Positions 36,498-45,392 of a DNA stretch of 60,157 bases are shown here, piece by piece. The DNA is from Candidatus Bathyarchaeia archaeon (GTDB lineage Archaea > Thermoproteota > Bathyarchaeia > 40CM-2-53-6). Below the pieces are notes generated by a model that saw only the letters and a list, made by a program, of their open reading frames with translations, was not told where the DNA came from and made no database searches. The stretch is from NCBI GenBank assembly GCA_035637575.1, contig DASPWY010000166.1, positions 1 through 60,157 of the forward strand, given 5' to 3'. Made by a program: the position numbers and the translations under genes. The stretch's first letter is position 1. Every line of letters begins with the position of its first letter.

Positions 36498-38041
36498 GAG
36501 ACCACTTTTCCGTCAATTATAGTCCTCACTACTCTTACTTCTCGCAGGGACTCACGACTGGACTCGTATGGGTCTCTGTTCAACACAATCATATCGGCGG
36601 CGTTGCCGGGAGCGAGAGTGCCCGTGAAGTCCTCTGAGAAAGAAGCGTATGCAGCGCTGCTGGTATATGCTGTCAGAGCTTCGCTCACTGTGAGCCTCTC
36701 CCCTTCATCGAGACCGGGCCTGGCGACCGCTGACCAGATCCCTTCAAACGGATCTGGGTCTTCTACTGGGCAATCAGACCCCGCAGCTAGCCTAATTCCT
36801 GCCTTGGTCATTGATGCAAAAGGGTAGAGCTGAGGCAGCCTTCTATGCCCTAGCCTATCTTCCGCCCACTTGTCTGAATAAATGAATCTCGGTTGTATGG
36901 AGGCGATTATCCCTAATCTGCGCATTTCCTTCATCGACTTTTCGTTGACTATTGACGCGTGTTCTATTCGATGCCGGAGCTGCCTGCAACCTTTTGTCCC
37001 AAAGATCTCGCCAAGGACCTCGACTGCGAGGTCTACTGCCTTGTCTCCAATGGCATGGATGCACAACTGGAATTTCGAGTCTCTTGCCTTTGAGGCTACC
37101 CTCCTCAGTTCTCTGCTGTTCAGTGTGATCATGCCCCTTGAGCGGGGGTCATCGTCGTAGGGCTGGTTAAGAGCGGCTGTACGTGCTCCCAGGGAACCAT
37201 CCAGGTATAGCTTTAGTCCTCCAATTCGAAAACGGCTTCTGCTTCGTACTCTTGAGAGGCCGAGCCTGTCGACAAGGTTCGCGGGTATAATTGCATAAAT
37301 TGACTGTGGAAGCTGCTGTTCACGTTGCAACTCTCGGAGAGCGTTTAGCTCCGTTAAGCTGCCAATGATGCAGTGCAAAGATGTCAATCCGACCTTTACG
37401 AGCTTCCTGGAGGCGTGGACCAAAGCGGATTTTGTCTTCTCCATCGACTCGGGGATTACCTTCTCAACCAGTTCTATTGCAGTCTCCTTTAGGACCCCGT
37501 TGGGCTTTCCACGTGAGTCTCTGAAAATTCGGCCTCCGGCGGGGTCGACGGTCCGATTGTCGATTCCGGCCAGGGACAGGGCGGCGGAGTTGGCAACTGC
37601 TACGTGGCCACAGATTCGTTTTAGGAAAACAGGGTTTGAAGTTGCAAGGTCCAAATCGTTTCTTGTCGGATATCGGTGTTCTCGAAGCCTCTCATCATCC
37701 CATCCTCTACCGAGCACCCAAGTATCGTGGGGTGTGGTGGTGTTCCACCTCCTTACTCGCCTCTTGATCTCCTCAATCGATTGGGCGCCTGAAAGGTCGA
37801 TAGTCTGAAGAAGCATTCCGTAATTTAGGAGGTGAATGTGCGAGTCGTGGAAGCCTGGTAGTACGGCCCGGCCGTGAAGATTGATTATTTTAGTGGTTTT
37901 CGATTTTAGTGCGAGAATCTGTTTGTTAGTTCCAATATCTGTGACTCTGCCTTTGCGAACTGCGAGTGCTTCAAAACATCTTCGAGATCCAGCGTCTGGA
38001 TAGACTTTGCCGGTATGAAGGATCAGATCCGGACTAGGCAA
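36494..38041 (-). CDS. Amidohydrolase-3 family metal-dependent hydrolase (YtcJ-like)
   Basis: It has the HxH motif GFHDSHIHLL, the LYLDGSLGARTAAL segment and a C-terminal GSDCPVE. The start codon is TTG. Confidence 0.8.
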   Translation of the reverse strand: MPSPDLILHTGKVYPDAGSRRCFEALAVRKGRVTDIGTNKQILALKSKTTKIINLHGRAVLPGFHDSHIHLLNYGMLLQTIDLSGAQSIEEIKRRVRRWNTTTPHDTWVLGRGWDDERLREHRYPTRNDLDLATSNPVFLKRICGHVAVANSAALSLAGIDNRTVDPAGGRIFRDSRGKPNGVLKETAIELVEKVIPESMEKTKSALVHASRKLVKVGLTSLHCIIGSLTELNALRELQREQQLPQSIYAIIPANLVDRLGLSRVRSRSRFRIGGLKLYLDGSLGARTAALNQPYDDDPRSRGMITLNSRELRRVASKARDSKFQLCIHAIGDKAVDLAVEVLGEIFGTKGCRQLRHRIEHASIVNEKSMKEMRRLGIIASIQPRFIYSDKWAEDRLGHRRLPQLYPFASMTKAGIRLAAGSDCPVEDPDPFEGIWSAVARPGLDEGERLTVSEALTAYTSSAAYASFSEDFTGTLAPGNAADMIVLNRDPYESSRESLREVRVVRTIIDGKVVS

Positions 38042-38142
38042 CGGATGACCCTCGACAAAGATTTTGAAGTCGAGCTCTGGTAAGGGATCGGTACTCTTGG
38101 TGAGTCCCGAGCTCTAGGGATAGAGTTGCCGCGAGCGGACGA

Positions 38143-39900
38143 TTACTGGGCAAGTAGGGAAGAAAGAGTGGTCTCTAATACCGAGGGATCATTGATTGGA
38201 GGCCCGCAGGTTTTCCCTGCGCACACATACGCTACCGGAGCTTTAGCCCCGTCGAATCCGAGTCGCCCTATTTGGTCCAGGTCTTTGCCCGGATCAAGAT
38301 ACTTGACGTATCTTCGACCCGGATACAGTTTAAGAGATCCCGCCTTTAACGCACCGGATTCTTTTGACTTCGGAGATGCAATAATTGTGATCCCTATTGG
38401 ACCGTTAATGTAAGAGTCCAACGCTAACGCGTAGCTTGCTCCTGCGACTCCGTATCTCTCGTAGTCCTCGTTGAACAAACTCAATGCTTTGCCTGCGATC
38501 GTTGCGTAGTCAGCTCTCTCCAAGAGCCATGAAAGCCTCATGAGCCCATTTGCCATCAAGCTGTTTTCATCGATTGGTTTGTCCCTCATCTTGAGCTCAC
38601 CCAGAGTTGAAGCGTCCAGTGGAATGTCGTAGAAGCCTTCTGTGGCTTTGTCGCTTAGCTTCTCAATCGAATCGTCCGCCAATGCGGTTGCCTTTTCGAG
38701 ATAGGCCAGTTTGCCTGAATACTCGTAGGCGTCGAGAAGTGAGTGGAGCAGCGATGCATAATCAACTAGGAGCCCCTTCAACTTCACACCCTCATCTTCT
38801 TTCCAGTAGTGAAAAGGTAGTGCTCCGTCAGATGGTAGAGCGAGTATGCGATCTAGAGTTTTGATTGCGAACTTGCCGACCTCTGGCCGATCAAGGACGA
38901 TACTGGAGAGAAGGAATGACGAGATGAATAGCGCGTTGTAATTCGTATAGAGTGTCTCATCAACAGCTGGACTCTTCCGAGTCTTTCGCCTAGAGAGATC
39001 AAGCTTGTAGTACTCTTCATCTGCATCCTGACTGCCGAAGAACCCTCCATGCTCCGAGTCGGACAGACTCGTGTTCACGTAATTCACGATTCCTTCAGCC
39101 ACATCTCTGTACAGCGCTTTACCTGTTATCTGGAATGCGTGCAAGTATACCGCGAGCAATTTTGCGTTGTCCTCGGCCATCTTCTCGAAATGGGGAATCG
39201 ACCAGTCTCGAGTAGTGCTATACCGGAAGAATCCCTGTTCTACCCGGTCATAGACTCCTCCAGTACCCATCTTGTCAAGGGTCTTGGTGACAACGGTCAG
39301 CATTTCCTTTTCCCCGTGATAGCGGTAACGTAAAAGGGCGTACTCTAATGCCTCGGTATGAGGGAACTTGGGCTCGAAGCCAAATCCTCCATAATCTATG
39401 TCAAAGTTGACCGCGACCGTGGTTGCAACGTCCTTTGTGATCTTGTCAGACAACGGTTCGTTCTTGGCGGGACGAATTCGCGTCGATTGAAGTTTACTTC
39501 CAAACTTGCCCTTGTTTGTTCCGTAAAAGTCTAGAACTGAGCGGAGAACTTCCCTCAGTTGCTGAGGAGGGATGTAGGTTCCGCCAGTGATAATCCTCCC
39601 TTCATTGTCCAAGAAAGCGGTGGTAGGCCAACCGCCCATGTTGTAACGTCGATTAACATCTGGCCTCTTGTCAGTGTCGACCCTGACTGGAATGAAATTC
39701 TTGTTCACCGAGTCAATGACTGCGGGATCGGAGTAGGACGTGTTGTCCATAACGTGGCACCAGTGGCACCAAGAACCTGTTATGTCCAATAGAATCGGTC
39801 TACCTAGAGATTGTGCTTTTTCGAAGCTCTCTTTTCCCCATTCGAGCCATTGGATCTTGTTCAAGAGGGAGCCGACGACCGTATGATTGTCGAGAATCAT
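38143..39900 (-). CDS. Thioredoxin-domain protein of the DUF255 / YyaL family
   Basis: It has an N-terminal thioredoxin-like GSWCHWCHVMD, followed by a long alpha/alpha-toroid-like region. Confidence 0.8.
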   Translation of the reverse strand: MILDNHTVVGSLLNKIQWLEWGKESFEKAQSLGRPILLDITGSWCHWCHVMDNTSYSDPAVIDSVNKNFIPVRVDTDKRPDVNRRYNMGGWPTTAFLDNEGRIITGGTYIPPQQLREVLRSVLDFYGTNKGKFGSKLQSTRIRPAKNEPLSDKITKDVATTVAVNFDIDYGGFGFEPKFPHTEALEYALLRYRYHGEKEMLTVVTKTLDKMGTGGVYDRVEQGFFRYSTTRDWSIPHFEKMAEDNAKLLAVYLHAFQITGKALYRDVAEGIVNYVNTSLSDSEHGGFFGSQDADEEYYKLDLSRRKTRKSPAVDETLYTNYNALFISSFLLSSIVLDRPEVGKFAIKTLDRILALPSDGALPFHYWKEDEGVKLKGLLVDYASLLHSLLDAYEYSGKLAYLEKATALADDSIEKLSDKATEGFYDIPLDASTLGELKMRDKPIDENSLMANGLMRLSWLLERADYATIAGKALSLFNEDYERYGVAGASYALALDSYINGPIGITIIASPKSKESGALKAGSLKLYPGRRYVKYLDPGKDLDQIGRLGFDGAKAPVAYVCAGKTCGPPINDPSVLETTLSSLLAQ

Positions 39901-39926
39901 ATAAGAACCCTAGAATGAACTGATAG

Positions 39927-40435
39927 GTGAGAATGTCCAAGTCTGTGGCACAAACCAGTCAAGATCAAGATTATTCTAGAGTTCTCGTTAGCCTGAGCAG
40001 TGCTCTTTCGAGCGAGCCCTTAGATAAGGCATTGACGACGTCGGTGCGGCAACTTCGGCAGAGTTCTGATCACTTCGACTGGGTAGGCATCTATCTCCTA
40101 CAAGAAAGCGATCTAGTGTTGCAGACCTATGCGGGCGATGAAGAGACAGAACATGTTGGGATACCTATAGGACGGGGAATATGCGCTCTGCGGCTAAGGA
40201 AGGAGCGACAATCGTGATCCCTGATGTTGGCAAGGACCCACGATATCTCATGTGCTTCGCAGCAACCCGATCAGAGATCGTTGTCCCGATAAAGGGATCG
40301 AAAGGAATGTTGGGTGAGATACATATCGACAGCAGTCGACTTTCCGCATTCAGCGAAAACGATCGAGAGAGCCTCCAAGAAGTGGCTTCGCTCCTAGCCC
40401 TCTATCTTGAGAGCAAGCGCTTCGTGTCTCATTAA
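39927..40435 (+). pseudogene. GAF-domain protein gene interrupted by a -1 frameshift near 40185
   Basis: ORF 39927-40217 ends ...IPIGRGICALRLRKERQS*. ORF 40181-40435 continues in another frame as (M)RSAAKEGATIVIPDVGKDPRYLMCFAATRSEIVVPI.... Inserting one G after 40185 gives GICGSAAKEGATIVIPDV, a contiguous GAF core of ~169 aa. Confidence 0.7.
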
Positions 40436-41358
40436 CCCTCGACTCTGCGAGTTGAGGCCATCGACACAATTTCGCGAACTGAACTGTATCCCTTTCGTTC
40501 TAGAAACTTCCCTATCCCAGTGGTCACCTCTCGAAACACGTCGAGACCCTTGCTTGTAATTGCACTTCCGATCTGGACTGCCGACGCACCCGCCATCATC
40601 ATTTGCACAGCGCCCTTCCAGTCCTCGATCCCGCCTACCCCGATGATGGGGATTCTAACTGCCTGCCTGATCTGATAGACCGCCCTAAGCGCGACCGGGT
40701 GTATGGCTGGACCTGAGAGCCCCCCAAGGACGCCTCCGAGAATCGGAAGACCGGAATCGACGTCCACTGCAGTTCCTAACACCGTGTTGATCGCTGTGAC
40801 AGCATCGGCGCCCGCGCTTTCAGCCGCCCTAGCTACCTCGGTGATGTCGGTAACATTCGGGCTTAGCTTTACGAATACTGGGATGTGCACTCGATTCTTC
40901 ACGGCTTGGGTAACTTCGGCAACGACTTTCGGTCGTTGGCCAATCTCAACCCCAAGCTCCTTCACATGCGGGCACGAAACATTCAGCTCCACCGCAATCG
41001 CACCGCCCTTCTCCCCCATCACTGCGGACTCGGCAAATTCTTCCGCATCAAACCCGAAAACGCTCGCTATGACTTGCACTCCTTGCTTAGAGGCAACCTC
41101 AACCTCTTCCCGCATCTCTTCCATTCCCGGGTTTGGTATGCCTAGTGCGTTAAGAAAGCCGCTCTGGACTTCGATGAAAGACGGGTTTCTGTACCCTTCC
41201 CTCCCCTTCCTATTGAAAGACTTGGAGACGACGGCGCCCGCACCGGCCCTGGAAACCCGGATCAGTATCTCACCAGAGACTCCTAGAATCCCCGAGGCTA
41301 AAATCGTCGGATTGGGGAGTTTAATACCCGCAAACTCTACCGATAAATCCGGTTCCAA
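40432..41358 (-). CDS. pyrD: Dihydroorotate dehydrogenase (class 1 catalytic subunit)
   Basis: LPNPTILASG, ELNVSCPHV, FVKLSPN, GLSGPAIHPVALR and IIGVGGI are present. The start codon is TTG. Confidence 0.9.
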   Translation of the reverse strand: MEPDLSVEFAGIKLPNPTILASGILGVSGEILIRVSRAGAGAVVSKSFNRKGREGYRNPSFIEVQSGFLNALGIPNPGMEEMREEVEVASKQGVQVIASVFGFDAEEFAESAVMGEKGGAIAVELNVSCPHVKELGVEIGQRPKVVAEVTQAVKNRVHIPVFVKLSPNVTDITEVARAAESAGADAVTAINTVLGTAVDVDSGLPILGGVLGGLSGPAIHPVALRAVYQIRQAVRIPIIGVGGIEDWKGAVQMMMAGASAVQIGSAITSKGLDVFREVTTGIGKFLERKGYSSVREIVSMASTRRVEG

Positions 41359-41453
41359 GAGGGTCTGAGCATGAACGCCATCGCCGTGCTAATTATCTTC
41401 GCACGACTATCGAGTTGCAGTCATACACTCGTGTCCAAATCAGGAGTAGCGTC

Positions 41454-42764
41454 TTGAAAGCGTACCTAATCGATTCCCCGGCGGGACTCTTTCTACTCGA
41501 AAAAACGGGTAAGGTTTCAGAGAGAGCACTATTTGCCCACAATCCGAGCGATGCCGCTTCCCAGCTTAGGAAAGTCCAGAACGGCGAACTCCCCGCGGAG
41601 TCCTCAGATTTTGTGCACAGGCTCTCACGTCTTGAGCTTGAAAGGATCACGGTAGACAGCGAGCCTCTCGCCAGACTCGCCCGTTCCATCGTCAAATCAG
41701 AAGTAATCCAAGATGATAACGATCCCACCATTTCGAAACTTAGGAACAGACTACCATCAATTCTCGTCCGTCTAAGAATCATAGAATCGAAGGAAGACTA
41801 CGAACAATTCGTCAGGGACGTTTCCCTTGAACTCGCCAAGACAGCCATTACAGAGGCCACAACCAAGCGAGATCTGTACGCCATTCAGACCGTTCGTAGC
41901 ATCGAAGACCTAGACAAAATTCTGAACCTCCTTGCGGGCAGAGTCAGGGAATGGTACGGACTACACTTCCCAGAACTGGACCGATTAGTGGAGAAACACG
42001 ACTCGTATGTTCGACTCGTCTACAGTCTCGGAACCCGAGACTCTTTCTCATACGATGCTCTAGCGAAACTTGGCATACCCCAAGATAGAGCGACCCAGAT
42101 CTCCGCGTCTGCAGAGAAATCCTCCGGGGCGGAGATGTCAGGCTCCGATCTAGAATGGCTCCGTGAAGTCTGCGGATCGGTCCTTGAACTCTATAGCTTG
42201 AGAGAGCACGCAGAGAAATACACTGACAAGATCATGGGAGAGGTAGCACCGAACATGACCTCAGTGCTCGGCGCGGTTCTTTCTGCAAAACTCATCTCGA
42301 TGGCAGGGGGACTAGAGAATATCGCAAAAATGCCGTCAAGCACACTCCAAGTGCTCGGGGCAGAGAAAGCGCTATTCAGAACACTGAAAACCGGAGCAAG
42401 ACCCCCAAAGCATGGAATCATCTTCCAATACGCACCAATTCATCAATCGCCCAAATGGCTCAGAGGAAAGATCGCGAGAGCAGTTGCAGGCAAACTCGCC
42501 ATAGCAGCCCGAATGGATGCGTATGGGGGAGGTGACACAGGGCAACGGCTTAAGGACGCACTCGATAAGAAGATCGTAGACCTCAAAGGTCGATATCAAG
42601 CCCCGCCCCATAAGAGGGAGCATGGAAAGACCTGGCGCACACCCACACAAGACGTTCGAAGGGATGTACTGGGTGGTCCTAGAAGGAAGGGAGAGACTGG
42701 CTACACTCAGCCAGGACCCGGGGAACGCCGTCTACGGGGAAGACACCGTCAAGATCGCAGGTAG
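41454..42764 (+). CDS. C/D box sRNP protein Nop5 (Nop56/58)
   Basis: It has a Nop domain: LQVLGAEKALFRTLKTGARPPKHGIIFQ. An N-terminus (M)KAYLIDSPAGLFLL from the TTG at 41454 matches the family; the ORF track starts at 41415. The Arg-rich tail overlaps the fibrillarin gene by 143 nt. Confidence 0.88.
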   Translation: MKAYLIDSPAGLFLLEKTGKVSERALFAHNPSDAASQLRKVQNGELPAESSDFVHRLSRLELERITVDSEPLARLARSIVKSEVIQDDNDPTISKLRNRLPSILVRLRIIESKEDYEQFVRDVSLELAKTAITEATTKRDLYAIQTVRSIEDLDKILNLLAGRVREWYGLHFPELDRLVEKHDSYVRLVYSLGTRDSFSYDALAKLGIPQDRATQISASAEKSSGAEMSGSDLEWLREVCGSVLELYSLREHAEKYTDKIMGEVAPNMTSVLGAVLSAKLISMAGGLENIAKMPSSTLQVLGAEKALFRTLKTGARPPKHGIIFQYAPIHQSPKWLRGKIARAVAGKLAIAARMDAYGGGDTGQRLKDALDKKIVDLKGRYQAPPHKREHGKTWRTPTQDVRRDVLGGPRRKGETGYTQPGPGERRLRGRHRQDRR

Positions 42765-43317
42765 AGAATATCGGGTCTGGGACCCGTACAGGAGCAAGTT
42801 AGCTGCCGCTGTCCTGAACGGGCTGTCCGAAGTTCCTATCAAACAAGGCAACAGCATTTTGTACCTTGGGGCGGCTAGTGGCACGACTGCAAGTCATGTA
42901 AGCGATATTGTGGGGGAGACAGGAAGAGTTTACTGCGTAGAATTCGCTCAGCGACCATTCAGAGACTTGGTCAACAATGCAAGCAAGGACCGGAGAAACA
43001 TGACTCCAATTTTCGGAGACGCTAGGTTTCCACAGAAATACAGAAGCATAGTCCAAGGTGTCGATACCGTCTACGCTGATATCGCCCAACCAGACCAAGC
43101 AAGAATCCTATCCGAAAATATTGAGCAGTATCTTACCGACAAAGGAGCCTTCTTGTTTGCGGTGAAGGCGAGAAGCATTGATGTTTCGAAGGAACCATCC
43201 GCGATCTTTCGAAGAGAGAAAACCCTACTCGAGGAAAGGGGCTACAAAGTTAGGGAAATGATTCGACTCGACCCCTTCGAAAAAGACCACTCTATGATCC
43301 TCGGAAACAAACGGTGA
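42622..43317 (+). CDS. flpA: Fibrillarin-like rRNA/tRNA 2'-O-methyltransferase
   Basis: EYRVWDPYRSKLAAAV is present, with the SAM motif ILYLGAASGTTASHVSDIV. The N-terminal length matches archaeal homologues. Confidence 0.93.
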   Translation: MERPGAHPHKTFEGMYWVVLEGRERLATLSQDPGNAVYGEDTVKIAGREYRVWDPYRSKLAAAVLNGLSEVPIKQGNSILYLGAASGTTASHVSDIVGETGRVYCVEFAQRPFRDLVNNASKDRRNMTPIFGDARFPQKYRSIVQGVDTVYADIAQPDQARILSENIEQYLTDKGAFLFAVKARSIDVSKEPSAIFRREKTLLEERGYKVREMIRLDPFEKDHSMILGNKR

Positions 43318-43781
43318 GTTCTCGTATGGAGCAGCGTGATCCCTTCATTGACGCATTACTCCATGATGATATGAGAAAACTCAACTCTCATCTTCCAAAG
43401 AACAGGAGAACTTTGAAAGAACTCCTGAGCGACCCGGCCCCGCGTGTTCTAAGCGCATCCGGAGACTCGATCAGGATGAAGAAGCCTGAACTTGAAGAGC
43501 TGTCCCGTTCTCTACCAGTCGGAGCAGAGACTCGGGTAAGGCTACCAGTTGTGCTGCTGAGCAGGAAAGACCTCGGGCCCGGAGCTTTCACAGTAATGGG
43601 AGATCGGTACGAGGAGTATGCAATGATGCTTCTCGCAGGATCCTTCCAAGGAAGTTTCGAACAATTCAAGGAGCAAAAATCTGAACCGACGGTAATATTC
43701 AAGCCACAAATCAGTTTGTTGTTGAGAAGATTTCACTCGTTACTGGTTCTGGGGTTTGGAACCTCCAGTGCACGCCTTTAG
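43314..43781 (+). CDS. UPF0216 / DUF61-family archaeal protein
   Basis: 155 aa with a family-like segment: LNSHLPKNRRTLKELLSDPAPRVLSASGDSIRMKKPELEELSRSLP...RLPVVL. The GTG start overlaps the flpA stop (GTGA). Confidence 0.55.
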   Translation: MSSRMEQRDPFIDALLHDDMRKLNSHLPKNRRTLKELLSDPAPRVLSASGDSIRMKKPELEELSRSLPVGAETRVRLPVVLLSRKDLGPGAFTVMGDRYEEYAMMLLAGSFQGSFEQFKEQKSEPTVIFKPQISLLLRRFHSLLVLGFGTSSARL

Positions 43782-43854
43782 AGAAAGAGTAGGCTACGAC
43801 CGCTAGTGGGCATCCCAAAGAGGTTAGTGGCTCGGCTGATTAGGCCGAGAAGAT

Positions 43855-43947
43855 CTACGAATCGATGCTAAGGGTCCACTTACCAGCAGGAACGCGCGGG
43901 ATCGCTCGGACGGGCACAACAACTACATTGAGCTTCTTACGCTTCAT
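43855..43947 (-). CDS. Candidate 30-codon small ORF divergent from the SagB-like gene
   Basis: ATG at 43947, TAG at 43857-43855, peptide MKRKKLNVVVVPVRAIPRVPAGKWTLSIDS. The purine-rich AAGAGG directly abuts the ATG (spacing 0). A TTATATTT box lies ~45 nt upstream. A perfect hairpin CTCGGC-N7-GCCGAG (43831-43849) lies 5 nt after the stop. No homology was recognised, so this could be chance. Confidence 0.2.
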   Translation of the reverse strand: MKRKKLNVVVVPVRAIPRVPAGKWTLSIDS

Positions 43948-44027
43948 CCTCTTATTCAAGGGGTATTTTCTCGGCTACCTATGGCACAGCACGAAATATA
44001 ACGCTTTCCGACCCCCGGAGGGAATTG

Positions 44028-45176
44028 ATGAGGAATAAAATGGCTTCCAACGGTAGAAAAATCATTAATGAACTCTCGGGGTTGAAAATGAGACGATCAC
44101 CAAATGTTGTGATGTATTTCCGCCGAGGACACCTCATTGTCGAGAATTACATAACTAGGCTAACTTTCCAAGTCGACTTGAATGCCGTTACTCTCCTCAG
44201 TTATTTTTCCGGGTGGAGGACTGCCTCGGAGGTCTCAAGGAGCTTGATCGGTTACACCAGAAAGTCCGTTTTGCGTTCGGTTCAGAATCTGAAGGAACGC
44301 GGCTTGCTGATCACCAAGGATTCAGACGAGGCCAAGTTAGAGGACAAGTTCGGAGAGGAATGGCTTTGGCCAATCGCCTCGCGATTTTATCATTTCTCCA
44401 CAAAGATCGACGACCCTCACAATACGCCCAAAGAGGTTATGAAGTATTACTCAAGGTTTCTGAAGGGAAGAAAACAACCGTCTATTTACAAGTCCTATCC
44501 CCGGCGACCGAAAATCAACCTGTCAAGAAAGCCCAGTCGCGAAGCACCACTTTTCGGCGCGCTTCGAAGCAGACACTCGATGAGAGAGTTCTCTGGGAAA
44601 CCAATAAGCTTCAACGAACTCTCTAGACTCGCCTACTACACATGGGGAAGGATTTCTTACTATGAGACTCACGAGTTCGGCAAATTGCTTCACAAGACCA
44701 GTCCATCTGCTGGAGCCCGACACCCTATAGAGACATACGCTATCGTCAATAATGTCAAGGGCATCGAACCCGGGATATACCACTACTCTGTGAAAAACCA
44801 CTCGCTTGAGCTTCTGAAGGCGGGAGATTTCAGAGAAAGATGCGTAGAGTTGACTGCCGGTCACGCTTGGACGAAAAATGCCAGTGCTCTGTTCATCATG
44901 ACTGCCGTCGTTGCACGAACCGCATGGAAATATAGAGCACCCAGGGTCTACCGGGCATTCTTGCTTGACGCAGGACATCTCTCTCAGTCATTTCTCCTGG
45001 TAGCTACAGCTCTCGGATTAGGCGGGTTCTGCCTTGGAACAATCTGTGACAAGCTAATCGAGAAAGAGCTGGATCTCGATGGTATCTCAGAAACGGCACT
45101 ATTCGTTGTCGGAGTTGGACAGCCCGTTAGAAGCAGTCCCAGACCGGGCCGAAGCCTATTCCATGATCATTCTTAG
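44028..45176 (+). CDS. SagB/ThcOx-family (nitroreductase-fold) dehydrogenase with a ~170-aa N-terminal extension
   Basis: The C-terminal ~210 aa show RHSMREFSGKPISFNELSRLAYYTWG, TSPSAGARHPIETY, GIYHYSVKNHSLELL and LDAGHLSQSFLLVATALGLG. The N-terminal region contains a wHTH-like stretch (ASEVSRSLIGYTRKSVLRSVQNLKERGLLI). GGAGG lies 7 nt upstream of the ATG at 44028. A TTG at 44025 and an ATG at 44040 are alternative starts. Confidence 0.8.
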   Translation: MRNKMASNGRKIINELSGLKMRRSPNVVMYFRRGHLIVENYITRLTFQVDLNAVTLLSYFSGWRTASEVSRSLIGYTRKSVLRSVQNLKERGLLITKDSDEAKLEDKFGEEWLWPIASRFYHFSTKIDDPHNTPKEVMKYYSRFLKGRKQPSIYKSYPRRPKINLSRKPSREAPLFGALRSRHSMREFSGKPISFNELSRLAYYTWGRISYYETHEFGKLLHKTSPSAGARHPIETYAIVNNVKGIEPGIYHYSVKNHSLELLKAGDFRERCVELTAGHAWTKNASALFIMTAVVARTAWKYRAPRVYRAFLLDAGHLSQSFLLVATALGLGGFCLGTICDKLIEKELDLDGISETALFVVGVGQPVRSSPRPGRSLFHDHS

Positions 45177-45392
45177 CCTAAAGAGCGCCCCTTGCACGAG
45201 ACCAACTAGTGAACAAATCCAGATTCAGAGGAGAAACGCCACCAAGCATTGAATCATCCCGTAGATGGACCTAAAAATTGCTTGAAACGCTCAGCTTTAA
45301 CCTCGGATATTCGTAGCTTCTAGCGCCCACATTCCATTCTACGCTTTCAACGCTTATTTACGCGGCAAATCCTCATAACAGTTGGTTTTTGC

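Noticed and set aside
40703-41368. 221-aa plus-strand ORF antisense to pyrD. Similar long antisense or alternative-frame ORFs occur at 7840-8370, 12151-12594, 19672-20028, 20267-20659, 33982-34524, 37365-37808, 44523-44978, 50564-51052 and 51303-51767.
   Set aside because: Each lies entirely inside a gene whose opposite-strand or other-frame product carries unmistakable family motifs. Their translations are Ser/Pro/Arg/Thr-rich with no recognisable domains, which is typical of shadow ORFs in balanced-GC coding DNA.
44213-44626. 137-aa alternative-frame plus-strand ORF inside the SagB-like gene.
   Set aside because: Its sequence is Arg/Gly/Gln-rich and implausible. The main frame is continuous and carries the conserved SagB motifs.
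44025-45176. A canonical TOMM/thiazole-oxazole RiPP biosynthetic cluster centred on the SagB-like gene.
   Set aside because: There is no YcaO cyclodehydratase, E1-like partner, ABC exporter or Cys/Ser/Thr-rich precursor within the window. The flanking genes are housekeeping genes (fibrillarin operon, aminopeptidase-hut operon).
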